Shown: positions 42,248 to 54,095, counted from the first letter of the stretch. The stretch is 64,000 nt of DNA from Candidatus Bathyarchaeota archaeon (GCA_963815095.1 CAWFFH010000003.1:1440001-1504000); one strand, 5' to 3'. Numbers and translations: made by a program. Notes: a model not told the origin generated them from the sequence alone.

Positions 42248-43441
42248 TTATGTAATTGTTTGGTTCCAATAGAAGACTCTGTTATAGTTACTCAATGTTG
42301 ATCCGATTATTTCTGGGTCATCATAAATGATGTTTAGATTGCCATAATATCTGGTGAGCAAAGTGTGAACATCTAACGAAATTTTTTGAGTTAGGTTGTC
42401 AGCTGGGAACAAACCCCAAATGGTATCGTTTGGACCGCGAAAACCGTACCCGTAGTCTTTGGGTAAAACATAGGCTACTGTACCCTTGTTTTGTGCAATA
42501 GAGGCAGGATTCGAGTGTATGACATTCCAGAATTTTTGTAGGGCCAAGAAATGTTCATCCTGCAATGTACCGTAAGGGTTGTTATCAGGATATGTTGGAT
42601 AACTAAAAACCACTGCGTAAGTTGCCCCTGCACTATAGGCTAAAGTTAAGTCAGCGTATAATTGGGTTCCATTTTCAAGGTATGGTTCGTTATCGTACGC
42701 CCATGTGATGATTACTCCCCAATCCTTATTGAAGGATTGAGCCGCTCCTCGACCTAAAGAAATTGTTTGTTGTCTATCTTGATTAGTATGACGAGTTTCA
42801 TTCCCCACAAACTCTGCGAAAATCGTTGAATAATTCGATGCGTAGTCAAACCAATATAGTCCATAGTCTGAAGTGAATATGTTTGGTACTCCAGTGTGGG
42901 CATAATAGTAATTGATTATAGTCGAAAGATTTCCGGTATAACTGTTAGCTACTCCTGAGTAGCCGCCAATCCCACTATTGATTAGTTGGAATTTGCCATC
43001 GTCTAATTGGTTTCCGCCAGGTTCATCGTAGCGGTATATTCCCAGGAACTGGTTTCCATATTTGAGTGTTGCATTACCTATCCAATCAAAGACAGAATTG
43101 TTTGGAGGATAACCGTTAGAGGCATTATACATTAAAGAGCTGGTGATAAAAACGATGAAGTTTAATCCAGTGGCATAAATATAATTGCAGGATTGGTCAA
43201 GGGCAGATCTGTTGAATGTTAAAATCGGTGAGCCTATGACAAAAAGATTTGTGTAATCTTTGACTTTGTCAACTAGAGTCTTCACTTCGCTAAATTGGTC
43301 ACCATATGCATATTCAACACCCATATAGAATGGGCTTGTTCTCACCTGTTTTTCATTGGGGTTTTTGAAGGCTATAAAAAGGGAAACGGCAATCAACGCA
43401 ATAAGCAATACAGCGGCTAAAGTAATGTATTTCTTATTCAA
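42248..43441 (-). CDS. Secreted/anchored hypothetical protein, possible glycoside-hydrolase-like barrel
   Basis: N-terminal TM; GIYRYDEPGG, TSDYGLYWFDY, IFAEF, RGAA...WGVIITW. Confidence 0.65.
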   Translation of the reverse strand: MNKKYITLAAVLLIALIAVSLFIAFKNPNEKQVRTSPFYMGVEYAYGDQFSEVKTLVDKVKDYTNLFVIGSPILTFNRSALDQSCNYIYATGLNFIVFITSSLMYNASNGYPPNNSVFDWIGNATLKYGNQFLGIYRYDEPGGNQLDDGKFQLINSGIGGYSGVANSYTGNLSTIINYYYAHTGVPNIFTSDYGLYWFDYASNYSTIFAEFVGNETRHTNQDRQQTISLGRGAAQSFNKDWGVIITWAYDNEPYLENGTQLYADLTLAYSAGATYAVVFSYPTYPDNNPYGTLQDEHFLALQKFWNVIHSNPASIAQNKGTVAYVLPKDYGYGFRGPNDTIWGLFPADNLTQKISLDVHTLLTRYYGNLNIIYDDPEIIGSTLSNYNRVFYWNQTIT

Positions 43442-43869
43442 AGATTCTCAACCAATTGTTACAACTATCAGTTGGTAAATCTATTTAACATTTAAGAAAA
43501 AATCAGCTAAGGAACTATTTTAAATTTTAATAAAGAGCTATTCGGTGAAAAATTCTTTTTAAAGTTTAGAAATTTCTAAATTAGTGGGCTCAATAGCGGA
43601 AAAAGTATTCACAAGCCGCCGGCGTTTTTATTCCCCACCTTAAGCTTCATCGTACCTCGATTTTCTCATTGCCCGTTCTAAAATGGAAAACTGCGAATTT
43701 CAATGTTTTGGTATTGTTGACCATAAAATTTGATTGATTAGTACACATCAGCGTTTATGTGTTCTTAGAGGAAAAAATAGTTCTAAAAACCAATTTTTTA
43801 GAATGGAGATTTGTCAGTTATAAGTGTACGCTTCGAAATGAAAAAAAACGTAAGATTTAATTAGAAAAT

Positions 43870-44100
43870 TTAGGCGTGGACTGCGGTTTCGGTTATGGTT
43901 ACGTCGTGTAGTTCGTGTACAGCTTCGCGTATGCGTCTTATGTCTTCAATGTCTTTTCCTTCACCGTAGAGAATAATATCATAGTTTCCCATAACGGAAT
44001 GTACTACTTTGACGCCTTCAATCTTTTGTATCTGATGGACTACTGCTGTGGATCGTCCAACTCGGGTTCGAAGAAGCATATAGAAAGGAATCACGGACAT
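43870..44100 (-). CDS. Stand-alone Lrp/AsnC ligand-binding (RAM) domain protein
   Basis: IEGVKVVHSVMGNYDII...TET; AGGAG SD before ATG 44100. Confidence 0.85.
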   Translation of the reverse strand: MSVIPFYMLLRTRVGRSTAVVHQIQKIEGVKVVHSVMGNYDIILYGEGKDIEDIRRIREAVHELHDVTITETAVHA

Positions 44101-44276
44101 ACATTTTTCTCCTATCAAAATAGAGGAAAATACATCAATGTATAGTTTGCTGTTATGTTTGAACTCTCTTGGGGCTAAATTTGGCGGAGCATCATCTTTT
44201 GGCAAAATTAATGGCGGATGTATCGCTGTGAAATTTGTTTTTTCTTCTATCTTACATGCGATGCCTTAGTTGGTTG

Positions 44277-44312
44277 TGTATGTGGCACCCGACAATCACA
44301 AATGCTAAAATA
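44277..44312 (+). promoter_or_regulatory. TGTrnnTG-N8-CArTCACA element + TATA-like box
   Basis: TGTATGTG-GCACCCGA-CAATCACA-aatg-CTAAAATA. Confidence 0.45.
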
Positions 44313-44350
44313 CAAGCTCTCAAGAATCTTTAAGAGCGAGGATACTTTTC

Positions 44351-47300
44351 ATGTCGAAACCCCAAGATTCCGACGATACAGTAAAAGATAGTTCAAAAAG
44401 AAGATTCTTAAGATCGGGTGCTGCTGTTGCAGGTGCCCCAGTTCGTGAATTAACACAAGAACAAAAACCTCCGAAAAAGAGAGTGTTAGGGCGTCACAAC
44501 GCTAACACTGCAAATAACTCAGTTTCTCGACGTACTTTTGTCAAAGTGGCGATTGCTGGTGCGGCGGTTGTTGGAGTGGGGTTGGCTGTTTCTAAATCTC
44601 TTCCTGCCATTGGTCAAACTAGCAATGGTTCCACATTGAATTATAAGGGTAAAGTAACTCCAGCTGAGCGAATAGCTGCAGCTGCTTCTCGACCCAAGGC
44701 AACATCATTTGCGCCTACTGTGGTTCCAGCTCCAGGCGGAACACCTGATTATTTTGGTACCACACCTAACTATGCCTATAGTCCAATGCCGACTGTTACT
44801 GGGACTCCTGTTAGTGGAGTAACTCTTAACGGATTTTCCGTTACTAGTGGTGGCAGTGGTTATACTACTCCCGCTGTTGTATTGACTGGAGGAGGTGGCA
44901 CTGGAGCAACTGCTACTGCTAGGGTTTCAAACGGGGTTGTTTTGGCTTTGGTGTTGACTAATGCTGGGACTGGTTATACTTCGGCTCCCACAGTTACTTT
45001 GAGAGATCCAAGTCCAAGAGCTAAAGGTGCCGTTGCAACTGCAACTTTTACCAGTAATGCAGGGACCTTTGTAATTACTGGCGGTATTCGCAAATTCATC
45101 GATGGTTTGCCTGGCCTTGGACCGACAGGTGCAAACACTCTTGGGAAATTCATGCCGGTTGCCGTCGCAGATACAACAACGTATCCTGGAACTGACTACT
45201 ACATTATAGAATGTAGGCAATATTCTGAGAAAATGCATACTGATCTGCCTGCTACGACCTTGCGGGGATATGTGCAAGTTAATGGCTCGGGAACTCCTAT
45301 TGCTCCAATCCACTATATGGGACCAATAATTGTTGCCACAAAAGATCGTCCCGTTCGAATAAAATTCACTAACAGACTCCCAACTGGGACTGGAGGAAAC
45401 TTGTTCATACCAGTCGATAGCACGTATATGGGTGCTGGGCCTGGTCCAAGTGGCGGAACCTACCCCCAAAACCGTACTGCAATGCACCTTCACGGTGGTA
45501 ACACAATCTGGATATGCGATGGAACCCCCCACCAGTGGACTGTTCCGGTTGGAGAAAGCACACCGTATCCAAAGGGTGTTTCAGTAAAGTACGTACCTGA
45601 CATGGATGGCGGAACAGAACCACAGGGAACATTAACGTTCTTCTATAGCAACCAACAAACCGCCCGACTAATGTTCTACCACGACCACGCTCTAGGCACA
45701 ACTCGTCTTAATGTTTACGCAGGTATGGCAGCAGGGTACCTGGTGACTGATCCAGTTGAACAAGATTTCATAAACCAAACCAACAATTCGGGAGCAAATC
45801 CAGCTCATGCAAAGATTCTTCCAGACATTGGAATTCCATTAGTTATTCAAGACAGATCATTTGTGGATGCCACAACTATTGCAGCTCAAGATCCAACTTG
45901 GAATTGGGGCACAACACCGCCAACTCCACACACAGGAGACCTCTGGTGGCCGCACGTTTACATGCCAAACCAGAATCCATACGATAATACTGGTGCTAAT
46001 CCGTGTGGTAGGTGGGATTATGGTCCCTGGTTCTTCCCACCTTGGACAGTGCAATTCGGTACACAACCTAATCCATACTACAACCCAACAGCTGCACCCT
46101 GGGAACCACCAGTCATTCCAGGAATCCCTAACCCATCAGGTGTCCCCGAATCATTCATGGATACACCAATCGTCAACGGAAACGCTTACCCATACCTTAC
46201 TGTCCAACCAACTGTTGTTAGATTCCGCATTCTAAATGCTTGTAACGACCGATTCCTTAACCTACAACTCTATGTTGTCTCCAACATTATCAACACAATC
46301 AACTTAACCGGAGGCGGCAGCGGATACACGTCAGCTCCATCTGTTACGCTTTCAGGTGGAGGAGGAACAGGTGCATTTGCAACCACAACAATCGCAAACG
46401 GAGCTGTTACAGCAATTAACATTTTAACCGTAGGCAGCGGATACACTTCTGCTCCAACCGTTACAATTTCTCCACCCTCAGGATTAGGTGGGGTTACAGC
46501 AACGGCTACCGCTACAATTTTTACTGGTCTAACTGAAGTAGGTATGTTGCCTGCAAATCCAGGAACCTGGCCAGCAGACTATCCAACAGCAGATGGTAGA
46601 GCGGGTGGTTTTCCAGATCCAGCAAAAAGAGGTCCTGCAATCATCCAAATAGGCACCGAAGGTGGTTTCTTGCCTGCACCTGCATTAATCACAAACAGAC
46701 CTGTAGGCTACGACTATAACCGCAGAAGCATCACAGTATTAAACGTGCTAGAGAAGGCTTGCAATTTAGGTCCAGCTGAAAGAGCAGACATACTCGTGGA
46801 CTTCACAAATTTCGCCGGTAAAACCCTAATTCTTTACAACGATTCACCAGCTCCTGTACCAGCATTTGACCCACGTATAGATTACTTCACTGCAGACGGA
46901 GACCAAACATCAACTGGCGGAGCTCCAAATACAATCCCAGGCTACGGTCCAAATACCCGAACTATAATGCAAATTCGCGTGGCGGCTGGTGGTTCGTCAA
47001 CTGCGCCACCCAATGACTATAACCCAACAAACCTAACAGCACTCGCGACAGCCTTAGGCAACGCATTCCGACTCTCTCAAGACAAGATTATAGTTCCAGA
47101 AGCTGCCTACAACTCAGCCTACGGCGGAAACTTCCCAGATAATTTCGCAGCAATCCAAGATACAACCCACACATTCACTCCACTTGGTCAAACAACCCCC
47201 ATAACAGTGCCTCTATTTCCCAAAGGAATCCAAGAACTATTCACAAACGACTACGGACGAATGAACGCACTACTATCTTACGAAATACCCAACACTAATG

Positions 47301-48145
47301 GTACAATTCAGACAACAATTATACAGGCATACGTAGATCCACCAAACGAAATTATGGCACCTTCACTTGCAGCAACACCCATTGGATCTGCTGCTGACGG
47401 TACTCAACTTTGGAAGTTCACACATAACGGAGTAGACACACATGCCGTACATTTCCATCTCTTTAATCTTCAGCTAATAAACCGGGTTGGTTGGGATGGT
47501 GCAATCAAGCCGCCAAATGATAACGAACTTGGCTGGAAAGAAACAATACAAATGAATCCACTCGAAGATGCGATTGTAGCACTCAGACCAATCATACCAA
47601 CGAATCATTCACAGTATTTCAAGGTTCCAAACAGCGTCAGACTTCTCGACCCAACCCAACCGCAAGGCGGCACAATGAGATTCACCAACGTCAACCCGTT
47701 AGGCAATCCAGTCACTGTGACAAATGAAATGGTTAACTTTGGTTGGGAATACGTAGATCACTGCCACTTACTAGGACACGAGGAAAACGACATGATGCGC
47801 CCAATGTGTTGCGCAGTTGCTCCAGAAGCTCCTTCCGGATTAACAGCGACTCATGTTACAGGTGCCATCGCATTAGCCTGGACAAACAATGCAATAAACG
47901 CAACCAGCCTAACCATTCAAAAATCAACAACTTCAGCGTTCACTACTTTCACAACAATTACGCCTACAACAGCCACTGCCACTTCATACACAGATTCCAC
48001 TGGTACCCCAGGTCAAAGATACTACTACAGAGTGATAGCATCAAACAACGTAGGTGCACTTATGGCGACGGGCATTCCTGTAACTGGATACCCTTCAATA
48101 AACGCCGACTCCACCCCGTCAAACACTGCAAATGCATTAAGATAA
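44351..48145 (+). CDS. Tat-exported multicopper oxidase (CotA/bilirubin oxidase-like) with GSGYT repeat inserts and C-terminal FN3
   Basis: SRRTFVK Tat motif; [27 protein letters not shown] copper motifs; APEAPSGL...YYYRV FN3. Confidence 0.9.
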   Translation: MSKPQDSDDTVKDSSKRRFLRSGAAVAGAPVRELTQEQKPPKKRVLGRHNANTANNSVSRRTFVKVAIAGAAVVGVGLAVSKSLPAIGQTSNGSTLNYKGKVTPAERIAAAASRPKATSFAPTVVPAPGGTPDYFGTTPNYAYSPMPTVTGTPVSGVTLNGFSVTSGGSGYTTPAVVLTGGGGTGATATARVSNGVVLALVLTNAGTGYTSAPTVTLRDPSPRAKGAVATATFTSNAGTFVITGGIRKFIDGLPGLGPTGANTLGKFMPVAVADTTTYPGTDYYIIECRQYSEKMHTDLPATTLRGYVQVNGSGTPIAPIHYMGPIIVATKDRPVRIKFTNRLPTGTGGNLFIPVDSTYMGAGPGPSGGTYPQNRTAMHLHGGNTIWICDGTPHQWTVPVGESTPYPKGVSVKYVPDMDGGTEPQGTLTFFYSNQQTARLMFYHDHALGTTRLNVYAGMAAGYLVTDPVEQDFINQTNNSGANPAHAKILPDIGIPLVIQDRSFVDATTIAAQDPTWNWGTTPPTPHTGDLWWPHVYMPNQNPYDNTGANPCGRWDYGPWFFPPWTVQFGTQPNPYYNPTAAPWEPPVIPGIPNPSGVPESFMDTPIVNGNAYPYLTVQPTVVRFRILNACNDRFLNLQLYVVSNIINTINLTGGGSGYTSAPSVTLSGGGGTGAFATTTIANGAVTAINILTVGSGYTSAPTVTISPPSGLGGVTATATATIFTGLTEVGMLPANPGTWPADYPTADGRAGGFPDPAKRGPAIIQIGTEGGFLPAPALITNRPVGYDYNRRSITVLNVLEKACNLGPAERADILVDFTNFAGKTLILYNDSPAPVPAFDPRIDYFTADGDQTSTGGAPNTIPGYGPNTRTIMQIRVAAGGSSTAPPNDYNPTNLTALATALGNAFRLSQDKIIVPEAAYNSAYGGNFPDNFAAIQDTTHTFTPLGQTTPITVPLFPKGIQELFTNDYGRMNALLSYEIPNTNGTIQTTIIQAYVDPPNEIMAPSLAATPIGSAADGTQLWKFTHNGVDTHAVHFHLFNLQLINRVGWDGAIKPPNDNELGWKETIQMNPLEDAIVALRPIIPTNHSQYFKVPNSVRLLDPTQPQGGTMRFTNVNPLGNPVTVTNEMVNFGWEYVDHCHLLGHEENDMMRPMCCAVAPEAPSGLTATHVTGAIALAWTNNAINATSLTIQKSTTSAFTTFTTITPTTATATSYTDSTGTPGQRYYYRVIASNNVGALMATGIPVTGYPSINADSTPSNTANALR

Positions 48146-48249
48146 TTTTGACCCCCAAAATTTTCTTTCCTTTTTTAATTTTTTATTAACAAATAAATTC
48201 AAAAAAAATCCAATCATCAAATCATCATTGTTAACATAATACAATTGAA

Positions 48250-49152
48250 ATGAAGATTCTCAAGATGCCGGGAAAATTTTTTACGTGGCCAAAACTTCTG
48301 ATAATTATTGTAGCAATCATAATAGTAATCGTAGGCGTAGTCTGGTATGCTTCTAACAGTGCCCCTTCTACATCCACATCTCCAACTCCTACCCCCTCAA
48401 TTCCTGCCAGTTCGCCAACTCAAACCGCCACTTCTTCACCTAAACCCAGCCCAACATCAACCAATCCCCAAACACCCACACCATCCGCGACAAATTTACC
48501 AAACCCAACCCCCACAACTACTTCAACTCAAACGACAACTCCAACCCCTTCTCCATCACCCTCTCCAACCCCCACCCCATCTCCAACTCCAGTCCCACCC
48601 ATAACAGTGGTCTTCAACTTCGACAACGCCACTCCAACACTTACCCAAGGCGTATCCACACCGATTGACCAAACCTCCCTTGGATTAACAGCCCACTTCA
48701 GCTCCCCCACAGACTCCCCTTCAAAACCCTCTTTTTCAGTGCAAAACCTCCACTCGCTCGCTGCACTCTCAACTGTAATAAATTCCGCCAACTTCTCAGG
48801 GCTATTTCTTTGGCCAAGCACAGTCAACAGAGACCGCCTAGACATCACCTTTAGCCAAAGCATAACAAGCATAAGCTTCAATTTCAAGACTGCAGAATTA
48901 CATGATCCTGGTCCAGGCGGAACCGGCAGCCCCATCAGGTTAACAGCGTACATGAACTTGCTCTCTACTCAGATCGGAACTCCAGTTACAGTAAACGGCA
49001 TCGAAACGCCATACGATAACTACCCCGAAGGCACCTTAACGTTCAATTCAAACGGACAACCTTTCAACTTGGTTGAAATTGATTTGCCTTATATTTCCGC
49101 AGAGGGAGCTACAGGTATTATTATCGACAACATAGTCGTTACCACTGCGTAA
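48250..49152 (+). CDS. Membrane-anchored protein with Pro/Thr/Ser linker and C-terminal beta-sandwich
   Basis: N-terminal TM; long PTPSP stretch; IIDNI at C-terminus. Confidence 0.75.
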   Translation: MKILKMPGKFFTWPKLLIIIVAIIIVIVGVVWYASNSAPSTSTSPTPTPSIPASSPTQTATSSPKPSPTSTNPQTPTPSATNLPNPTPTTTSTQTTTPTPSPSPSPTPTPSPTPVPPITVVFNFDNATPTLTQGVSTPIDQTSLGLTAHFSSPTDSPSKPSFSVQNLHSLAALSTVINSANFSGLFLWPSTVNRDRLDITFSQSITSISFNFKTAELHDPGPGGTGSPIRLTAYMNLLSTQIGTPVTVNGIETPYDNYPEGTLTFNSNGQPFNLVEIDLPYISAEGATGIIIDNIVVTTA

Positions 49153-49308
49153 TTGAGGAAGTTAGTTATTGCCTGCGGTTCAATCACTATTTTCAAATTA
49201 GAATCTCAATTAATAATTTTGAATTGTTTTTAATAATTAACTTTTAATACAGAAAAAATAGAAAAAATATTTTGTTAATAAGGTTGTAAATAATAACGAA
49301 TTTTTGAA

Positions 49309-49344
49309 TGTGGCTGTTGTCTCACAGTCACACACACTTAAATC
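49309..49344 (+). promoter_or_regulatory. TGTrnnTG-N8-CArTCACA element + TATA-like box
   Basis: TGTGGCTG-TTGTCTCA-CAGTCACA-caca-CTTAAATC. Confidence 0.65.
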
Positions 49345-49403
49345 AACAAGCTATCTGTTATAGAGAGTAACTCACATTGTGGGCATAAAAAAAGGTAGAT
49401 TTT

Positions 49404-49694
49404 ATGAAAAGTAAAGAGTTTATGGATAAAGATGTTTTTGCTTTAGATGAGAAAATCGGCAAAATCAAAGAAATAGAAATAGATGTTGATGAGTGGAAAG
49501 TGACTCATCTTGAAGTTGAGTTGGATAAGAACGTAGCTGAGTCAGTGCTTGGTGCAAAGAAAGGTGGCGTGCGGAACATGTTAAACGTTGCAGCTTTAGA
49601 GAAAGGAACTGGCATGTGGATGGACAATGGATTGCACTTGAAAGTTGCAAAAGATAAGCTTCACATGTACCTAAGTCCAGCAGTTAAAACTTAG
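49404..49694 (+). CDS. PRC-barrel domain protein
   Basis: FMDKDVFALDEKIGKIKEIEIDVDEWKVTHLEV. Confidence 0.85.
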   Translation: MKSKEFMDKDVFALDEKIGKIKEIEIDVDEWKVTHLEVELDKNVAESVLGAKKGGVRNMLNVAALEKGTGMWMDNGLHLKVAKDKLHMYLSPAVKT

Positions 49695-49732
49695 GTAGTA
49701 CAATTTCGAACGCGTTTGGAGGTGCTATAATT

Positions 49733-49930
49733 ATGCCGGAACAACATATGGACATTAAAGATCAGATGCAGAAAATGGGCGAAAAATGGAGCGAATTTCA
49801 GAAAACCTGGGTTTCCCACTTCAAAGACATGGACGTTGAAGTGTTAGAATGGAACTTTGGTGTTGGAAAAAATGGTGAAGACACCATTTTTGAAATGAAA
49901 GCTAAGGTCGCCGTTAGAAAAAAGAAGTAG
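49733..49930 (+). CDS. Small hypothetical protein
   Basis: 65 aa; GGAGGTG SD. Confidence 0.7.
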   Translation: MPEQHMDIKDQMQKMGEKWSEFQKTWVSHFKDMDVEVLEWNFGVGKNGEDTIFEMKAKVAVRKKK

Positions 49931-50075
49931 AAATCATTGACGAATGGATATGAATAAATGTCCTTTCGTTAAGAACGCTGCCGCAAGGCATTTTTTTATT
50001 TTGCTGGCTAAGGCGTTTTGTTTGGTAATATTTCATTAGTGAAAGGTCGATGGCTAAATCTCGGTGTTATTGTAA

Positions 50076-50576
50076 TTGGTATTTAAAGATGTGAAAATAA
50101 AAAGTTCTGATGCTGAAATAGATGAAATAGCACAGAGAATTTTGCTGGAGCTTGAATCTGCAAGTTCTACTGATTTGTCAGATGCTCGCTACGCAAAAAT
50201 GATGTTACGTTTGTCTGATGCTCATTATGCAAAAGGGGTAGTGCAAAAGATAGGCAGTGCTACCACTGAAGATAAAGATCTTGAGAAAAGAGCAGTGATT
50301 AAGGTTTTGTTGTTTTCCACTTGGTTGCAGAGGCTTTATTTTATAATAAGAGCTTTTCTTATGGGGCAGGTGGGCGCGGTCTTTACATATCTGATCATAT
50401 GGTACCTTGGTACGATAAACGTTGTTGGAAGCATAATCGTTGGCGGGTTTGTGTTTATTGCTTCACTAGTTATAACAAGATTATTTGATTCGCAGATAAC
50501 TCATGCCACAAAAAAACTTGTCGAAATCCTGGCTAATCATGGAACTATTAGGGATTTTATAATGAAACACTTCTAA
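50076..50576 (+). CDS. Hypothetical two-TM membrane protein
   Basis: 166 aa; two C-terminal TM helices. Confidence 0.7.
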   Translation: MVFKDVKIKSSDAEIDEIAQRILLELESASSTDLSDARYAKMMLRLSDAHYAKGVVQKIGSATTEDKDLEKRAVIKVLLFSTWLQRLYFIIRAFLMGQVGAVFTYLIIWYLGTINVVGSIIVGGFVFIASLVITRLFDSQITHATKKLVEILANHGTIRDFIMKHF

Positions 50577-50617
50577 CTCGGAATTTTGGTAGCTGGTAGA
50601 TTTAATGTTTTGTTAGC

Positions 50618-50846
50618 ATGAAGCCCATCTTTGAAAAATATCCCTATTGGGCAACAAGCGAAGAGCAAGAGCGAGAACTAAAACAAGGAATGAACCAAAT
50701 ATTCATAAGAGCAAAAATTCCTGTTAAGCAATCTGTAGAATTAACCAATAAAATTCTCGCTATTTTAAAGAGTGCATAAAATGGTTTCCGTAAGCGAATT
50801 TAAAGAAGAAGTCGCAGGCTGGGCAAGTAAATTGAAATACCTTTAA
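50618..50846 (+). pseudogene. Scar of type I restriction hsdR C-terminus and adjacent M48/YgjP N-terminus
   Basis: MKPIFEKYPYWATSEEQERELKQG... (50618-50779) followed by MVSVSEFKEEVAGWASKL (50781-50846). Confidence 0.45.
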
Positions 50847-51010
50847 TTCGCGGTTTTCTTAGCAAACTATTGGTTTTGAGCCTAATTCTGGCTTTTTTCA
50901 CGCGTAGTTATTGCTTTATTTTAGATTTAACTTTTAACGTAAATTAATGCGGCTTCGTTCATTGGGATTGTCATTAGGTTTCCACCAAAAAAAGATTTTG
51001 AGAAACTGAT

Positions 51011-51143
51011 GGTTTGATGTGGACATTTTTAAGGATGCCTGACCCTCTTTCCGGGAGGGAGGACATTTAAAGAGTGTGCGAAAAGAGCACTCGTCGCGTT
51101 CCTTCCACCGCCGGGACAACTTTCATTGCTTCCACATTGAACC
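51011..51143 (+). ncRNA. Candidate multi-stem structured RNA
   Basis: 13-bp closing stem GGTTTGATGTGGA/TCCACATTGAACC with two G-U pairs; inner AAGGA/TCCTT, CCCTC/GAGGG, GAGTG/CACTC. Confidence 0.5.
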
Positions 51144-51651
51144 GGTTAACTATTAACGGGCACTGTATATTTCGGTCGAAAAAACAAATTCACTAACTAT
51201 TCTAAAATGGTGTTCGCAGTTTTTGCATGTATATGCTTCTATGTTGAAAGTCTTATTCTTGAGTGCTTTGTCAGGTTTCGCAACTCCTGCTCCGCAACTT
51301 GGGCATCTTACCACGCAATCTCTCCATCAAAAATTGATCATGTCTTTTATCTACATGTTATGAAACGATGTAATAAACATTGTTGTTTTGTTGTTGTTTA
51401 ATTCAAGCAATTTTGCTTTTAATTAGCATATTAATTTTTAATATAGTAAAAAAAATTGAATGATACATAATTGTGCAAATATTATCGATAAATTTGATTG
51501 TAATTGTGACTGACACGCGCGCCTACCATAACCAAACTTTTTAAAGTCTTTCTGCTGAACGGTTTGGGTTTGCTAATGTAGTAGGGTAAATCTTAAGTAC
51601 GTATAGCTTGACATAGTGGAATTGAATGTAACAATTATTGGGGGACTTTAT

Positions 51652-51894
51652 ATTAATCGAACTAAAGCGATTGAAGTTATACATGAAATATATGAAGTGC
51701 TCAAGGAAACAGTTTCAATGAGTCAAGTTTCTTTGGAATCTAAATCTCAGATTGTTGAAAACTCTGATGGCTTTGAGATAAAGATGAGATGCGCTTTTGA
51801 GAACGATTCTTGGGAATGCATCAAGCCAATTCTGCAAAATCATGGCTTAAGAATGAAAATTGAAGATGGAGCCGTAATTGTTTTTACGCCATAA
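51652..51894 (+). CDS. Small hypothetical protein (paralog family); start ATT 51652 or GTG 51616
   Basis: GFEIKM...IKPILQNHGLRM...AVIVFTP. Confidence 0.72.
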   Translation: MNRTKAIEVIHEIYEVLKETVSMSQVSLESKSQIVENSDGFEIKMRCAFENDSWECIKPILQNHGLRMKIEDGAVIVFTP

Positions 51895-52839
51895 TACATC
51901 TCTTCTAGAGAAATAACGGGTTATTTAGGCGGATTTAGCCGTGCTAACACTGACAAGGGCAAAAACTGAAGAAGAACCCTTATTATGTGTTAGCAACCAG
52001 ACCAAACCAACAATCCGATGGCTCTACTTCTTCTTTTTTTTAGCTACTTTTGATTCTTGCGAAGCCTCGTCCTTTGATTGGTTGTCCGTAACGAAATACT
52101 CTCCAGTTTTCCATGTTTCCCCGTATGATCTGGGAGAAAGCTGAAGATGAGGAATGATAAGAGAAAGAATGGAAAAATAGTTTTTTTAATTTTGTTTTAG
52201 AAGGTAAAAGATAACGCTTGTTGCAGGTTATGTACTACCACATTTACTTTTATTTTATAACTGCTTTGGTATGACTGCTGCGAAAGCGTGGACATATGAG
52301 GCTTGGCGAATCGTCGGGTTTTTTGCATTTTCTCCCTTCTCTCTCCTTTTGAATCTACGATGGTTTGTCAAGCCTATTATAAATCCGTGTTCAAGATCTT
52401 GCATTTTGGACCGGTTTATTCTATGGTTTATTCGAATTTTCCGCCACACATAGGGCATTCTTGCTTGTGTTTATTTTGTAATTTTGAGAGTTGAGTTGTG
52501 CAATAGAAGCAGAAGTAGATTTTGCATTTTGTGCAGCAATAGAATCCGCCACCTATGTATTTGCCGCAAGCATCGCAAGGCCTAGATAAATTAACCATAA
52601 TTCGCTAACTAATCGTTACTTGTCTATTTTAAAAACAGTATGTCAAAGAAAATGCGTATTTTTGTTAATTAATTTTTTTTCAGTGTTTTTGGTTTAAGTC
52701 TATACGGTTAAGGGGCAAGAAGCATAAGGAGCAACCGTACAGCCCTAACCCACAATTATAAACCAGTTGCGTCAGCTTAAAAGTGATTCGTGTATCCTAC
52801 TATTGGTTCTTGAACAAAGTGACGCCTTCTGCAGCGGGG

Positions 52840-53091
52840 CTATTTGTAGGATGATTTAGGTTTGTAAACTATGATTTGATTTTGTTCTTCGACTACGGCT
52901 AAATCATGTTTTTTTGTAATTTCTTTTATCTGATTTCTGCAATCATTATCAATAATTGCATTTATTCTAATTTTGTAACCGGTTGATAAAGAGTCTTCGG
53001 GTTTTGGCTCCAAGAAAATGAATGAATTTGAATCTAATTTGCATTCAGTTAATAATATTTTGAGCAAACTGCTTGCTTCTTGTTTGTTCAT
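52840..53091 (-). CDS. Small hypothetical protein (paralog family)
   Basis: GGAG SD; GYKIRI...IKEITKKHDLAV...IIVYKP. Confidence 0.78.
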   Translation of the reverse strand: MNKQEASSLLKILLTECKLDSNSFIFLEPKPEDSLSTGYKIRINAIIDNDCRNQIKEITKKHDLAVVEEQNQIIVYKPKSSYK

Positions 53092-53301
53092 CTCAAAACG
53101 CTCCAACTAAACTATGGTGATAAAAACTTAAAGATTTGGGAAGTAAGTTGGCACATTGAAGTGCCCACAACTTTGCAATCAAATTTTAAGTCATTTCTAC
53201 CCTCATAACTTGAAGTCTGAAAAGACCTAATTTTTGGAAATAGTGACTAAACAAAATTAAAGCTATTAGATTCTTTGGTGCTTGTCAAACGTACTTGTTA
53301 T

Positions 53302-53604
53302 TTAGCATTCAATTAGTAAGTCGTCGCCATCAACTTTCACATCGTAACTTGGTAGACTGCTGCGTGTTCCAGAGATTACTTTTCCCGATGTTACGTCAAA
53401 TTTTGAAAGATGCCTAGGACAGGTAACAACTGCTTTATCCAATTTACCCTCAGATACCTTAGCGTTCAAATGAGGACATCTATCACCAACCGCATAGAAC
53501 TTGCCTTCAACATTAGCAATCAATATTTCTAGTCCTTCAATTTCCACATGTTTCATCTTGCCTACCGGAATATCAAACATTTTGGCAACTCTAACCAAAG
53601 TCAC
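53302..53604 (-). CDS. Rieske [2Fe-2S] ferredoxin
   Basis: CPH...CPRH ligands; GGTGA SD before GTG 53604. Confidence 0.9.
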   Translation of the reverse strand: MTLVRVAKMFDIPVGKMKHVEIEGLEILIANVEGKFYAVGDRCPHLNAKVSEGKLDKAVVTCPRHLSKFDVTSGKVISGTRSSLPSYDVKVDGDDLLIEC

Positions 53605-54095
53605 AATATCACCGTTGATTCTTATTTGGAGTTCATTCATTATTTATATTATTTAAATTCTCTGAATCTAAAAGCAATAGCGAAAGACAACAGAGATTGA
53701 ATTAAAGTCTTTGAGAGTTGATTCGTTTTCTGCAAGCAGACATGTGCAAAAGCAAACGTTGTTTTAGCAATTAGCCGGACAAGTTACTCCAGAAAAATTT
53801 TCTTAGAAAAACACCCCTACCTCTCGTTAGGCGTTGCAGAATTGCCAAATGAAAGCTTAACCATTGCTGATTTTGCGTAAGCTTACCAATAGAGTTGCCG
53901 CAAAAGTGCTTTATGTAGCCCTAAGCCATATCTATTAAGTCTTAACAATACTTTTAAAAGTAGTTAGGTGGTAGTACCCAAATCAATTAGGGTCCGCAGT
54001 GAAGGAAATGGTTACCCAGAAATCTAATATAGTTGGGAAAATTCTGAATCTAATTCATCTCGATCCACGATTCTTGCCTAGATGTAGTAGAAAAA

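Noticed and set aside
48400-48600. C/A-rich repeats as a DNA repeat element
   Set aside because: Explained by the Pro/Thr/Ser linker codons
52255-52494. Three overlapping 60-67 aa ORFs
   Set aside because: No motif or clear SD to choose a real frame
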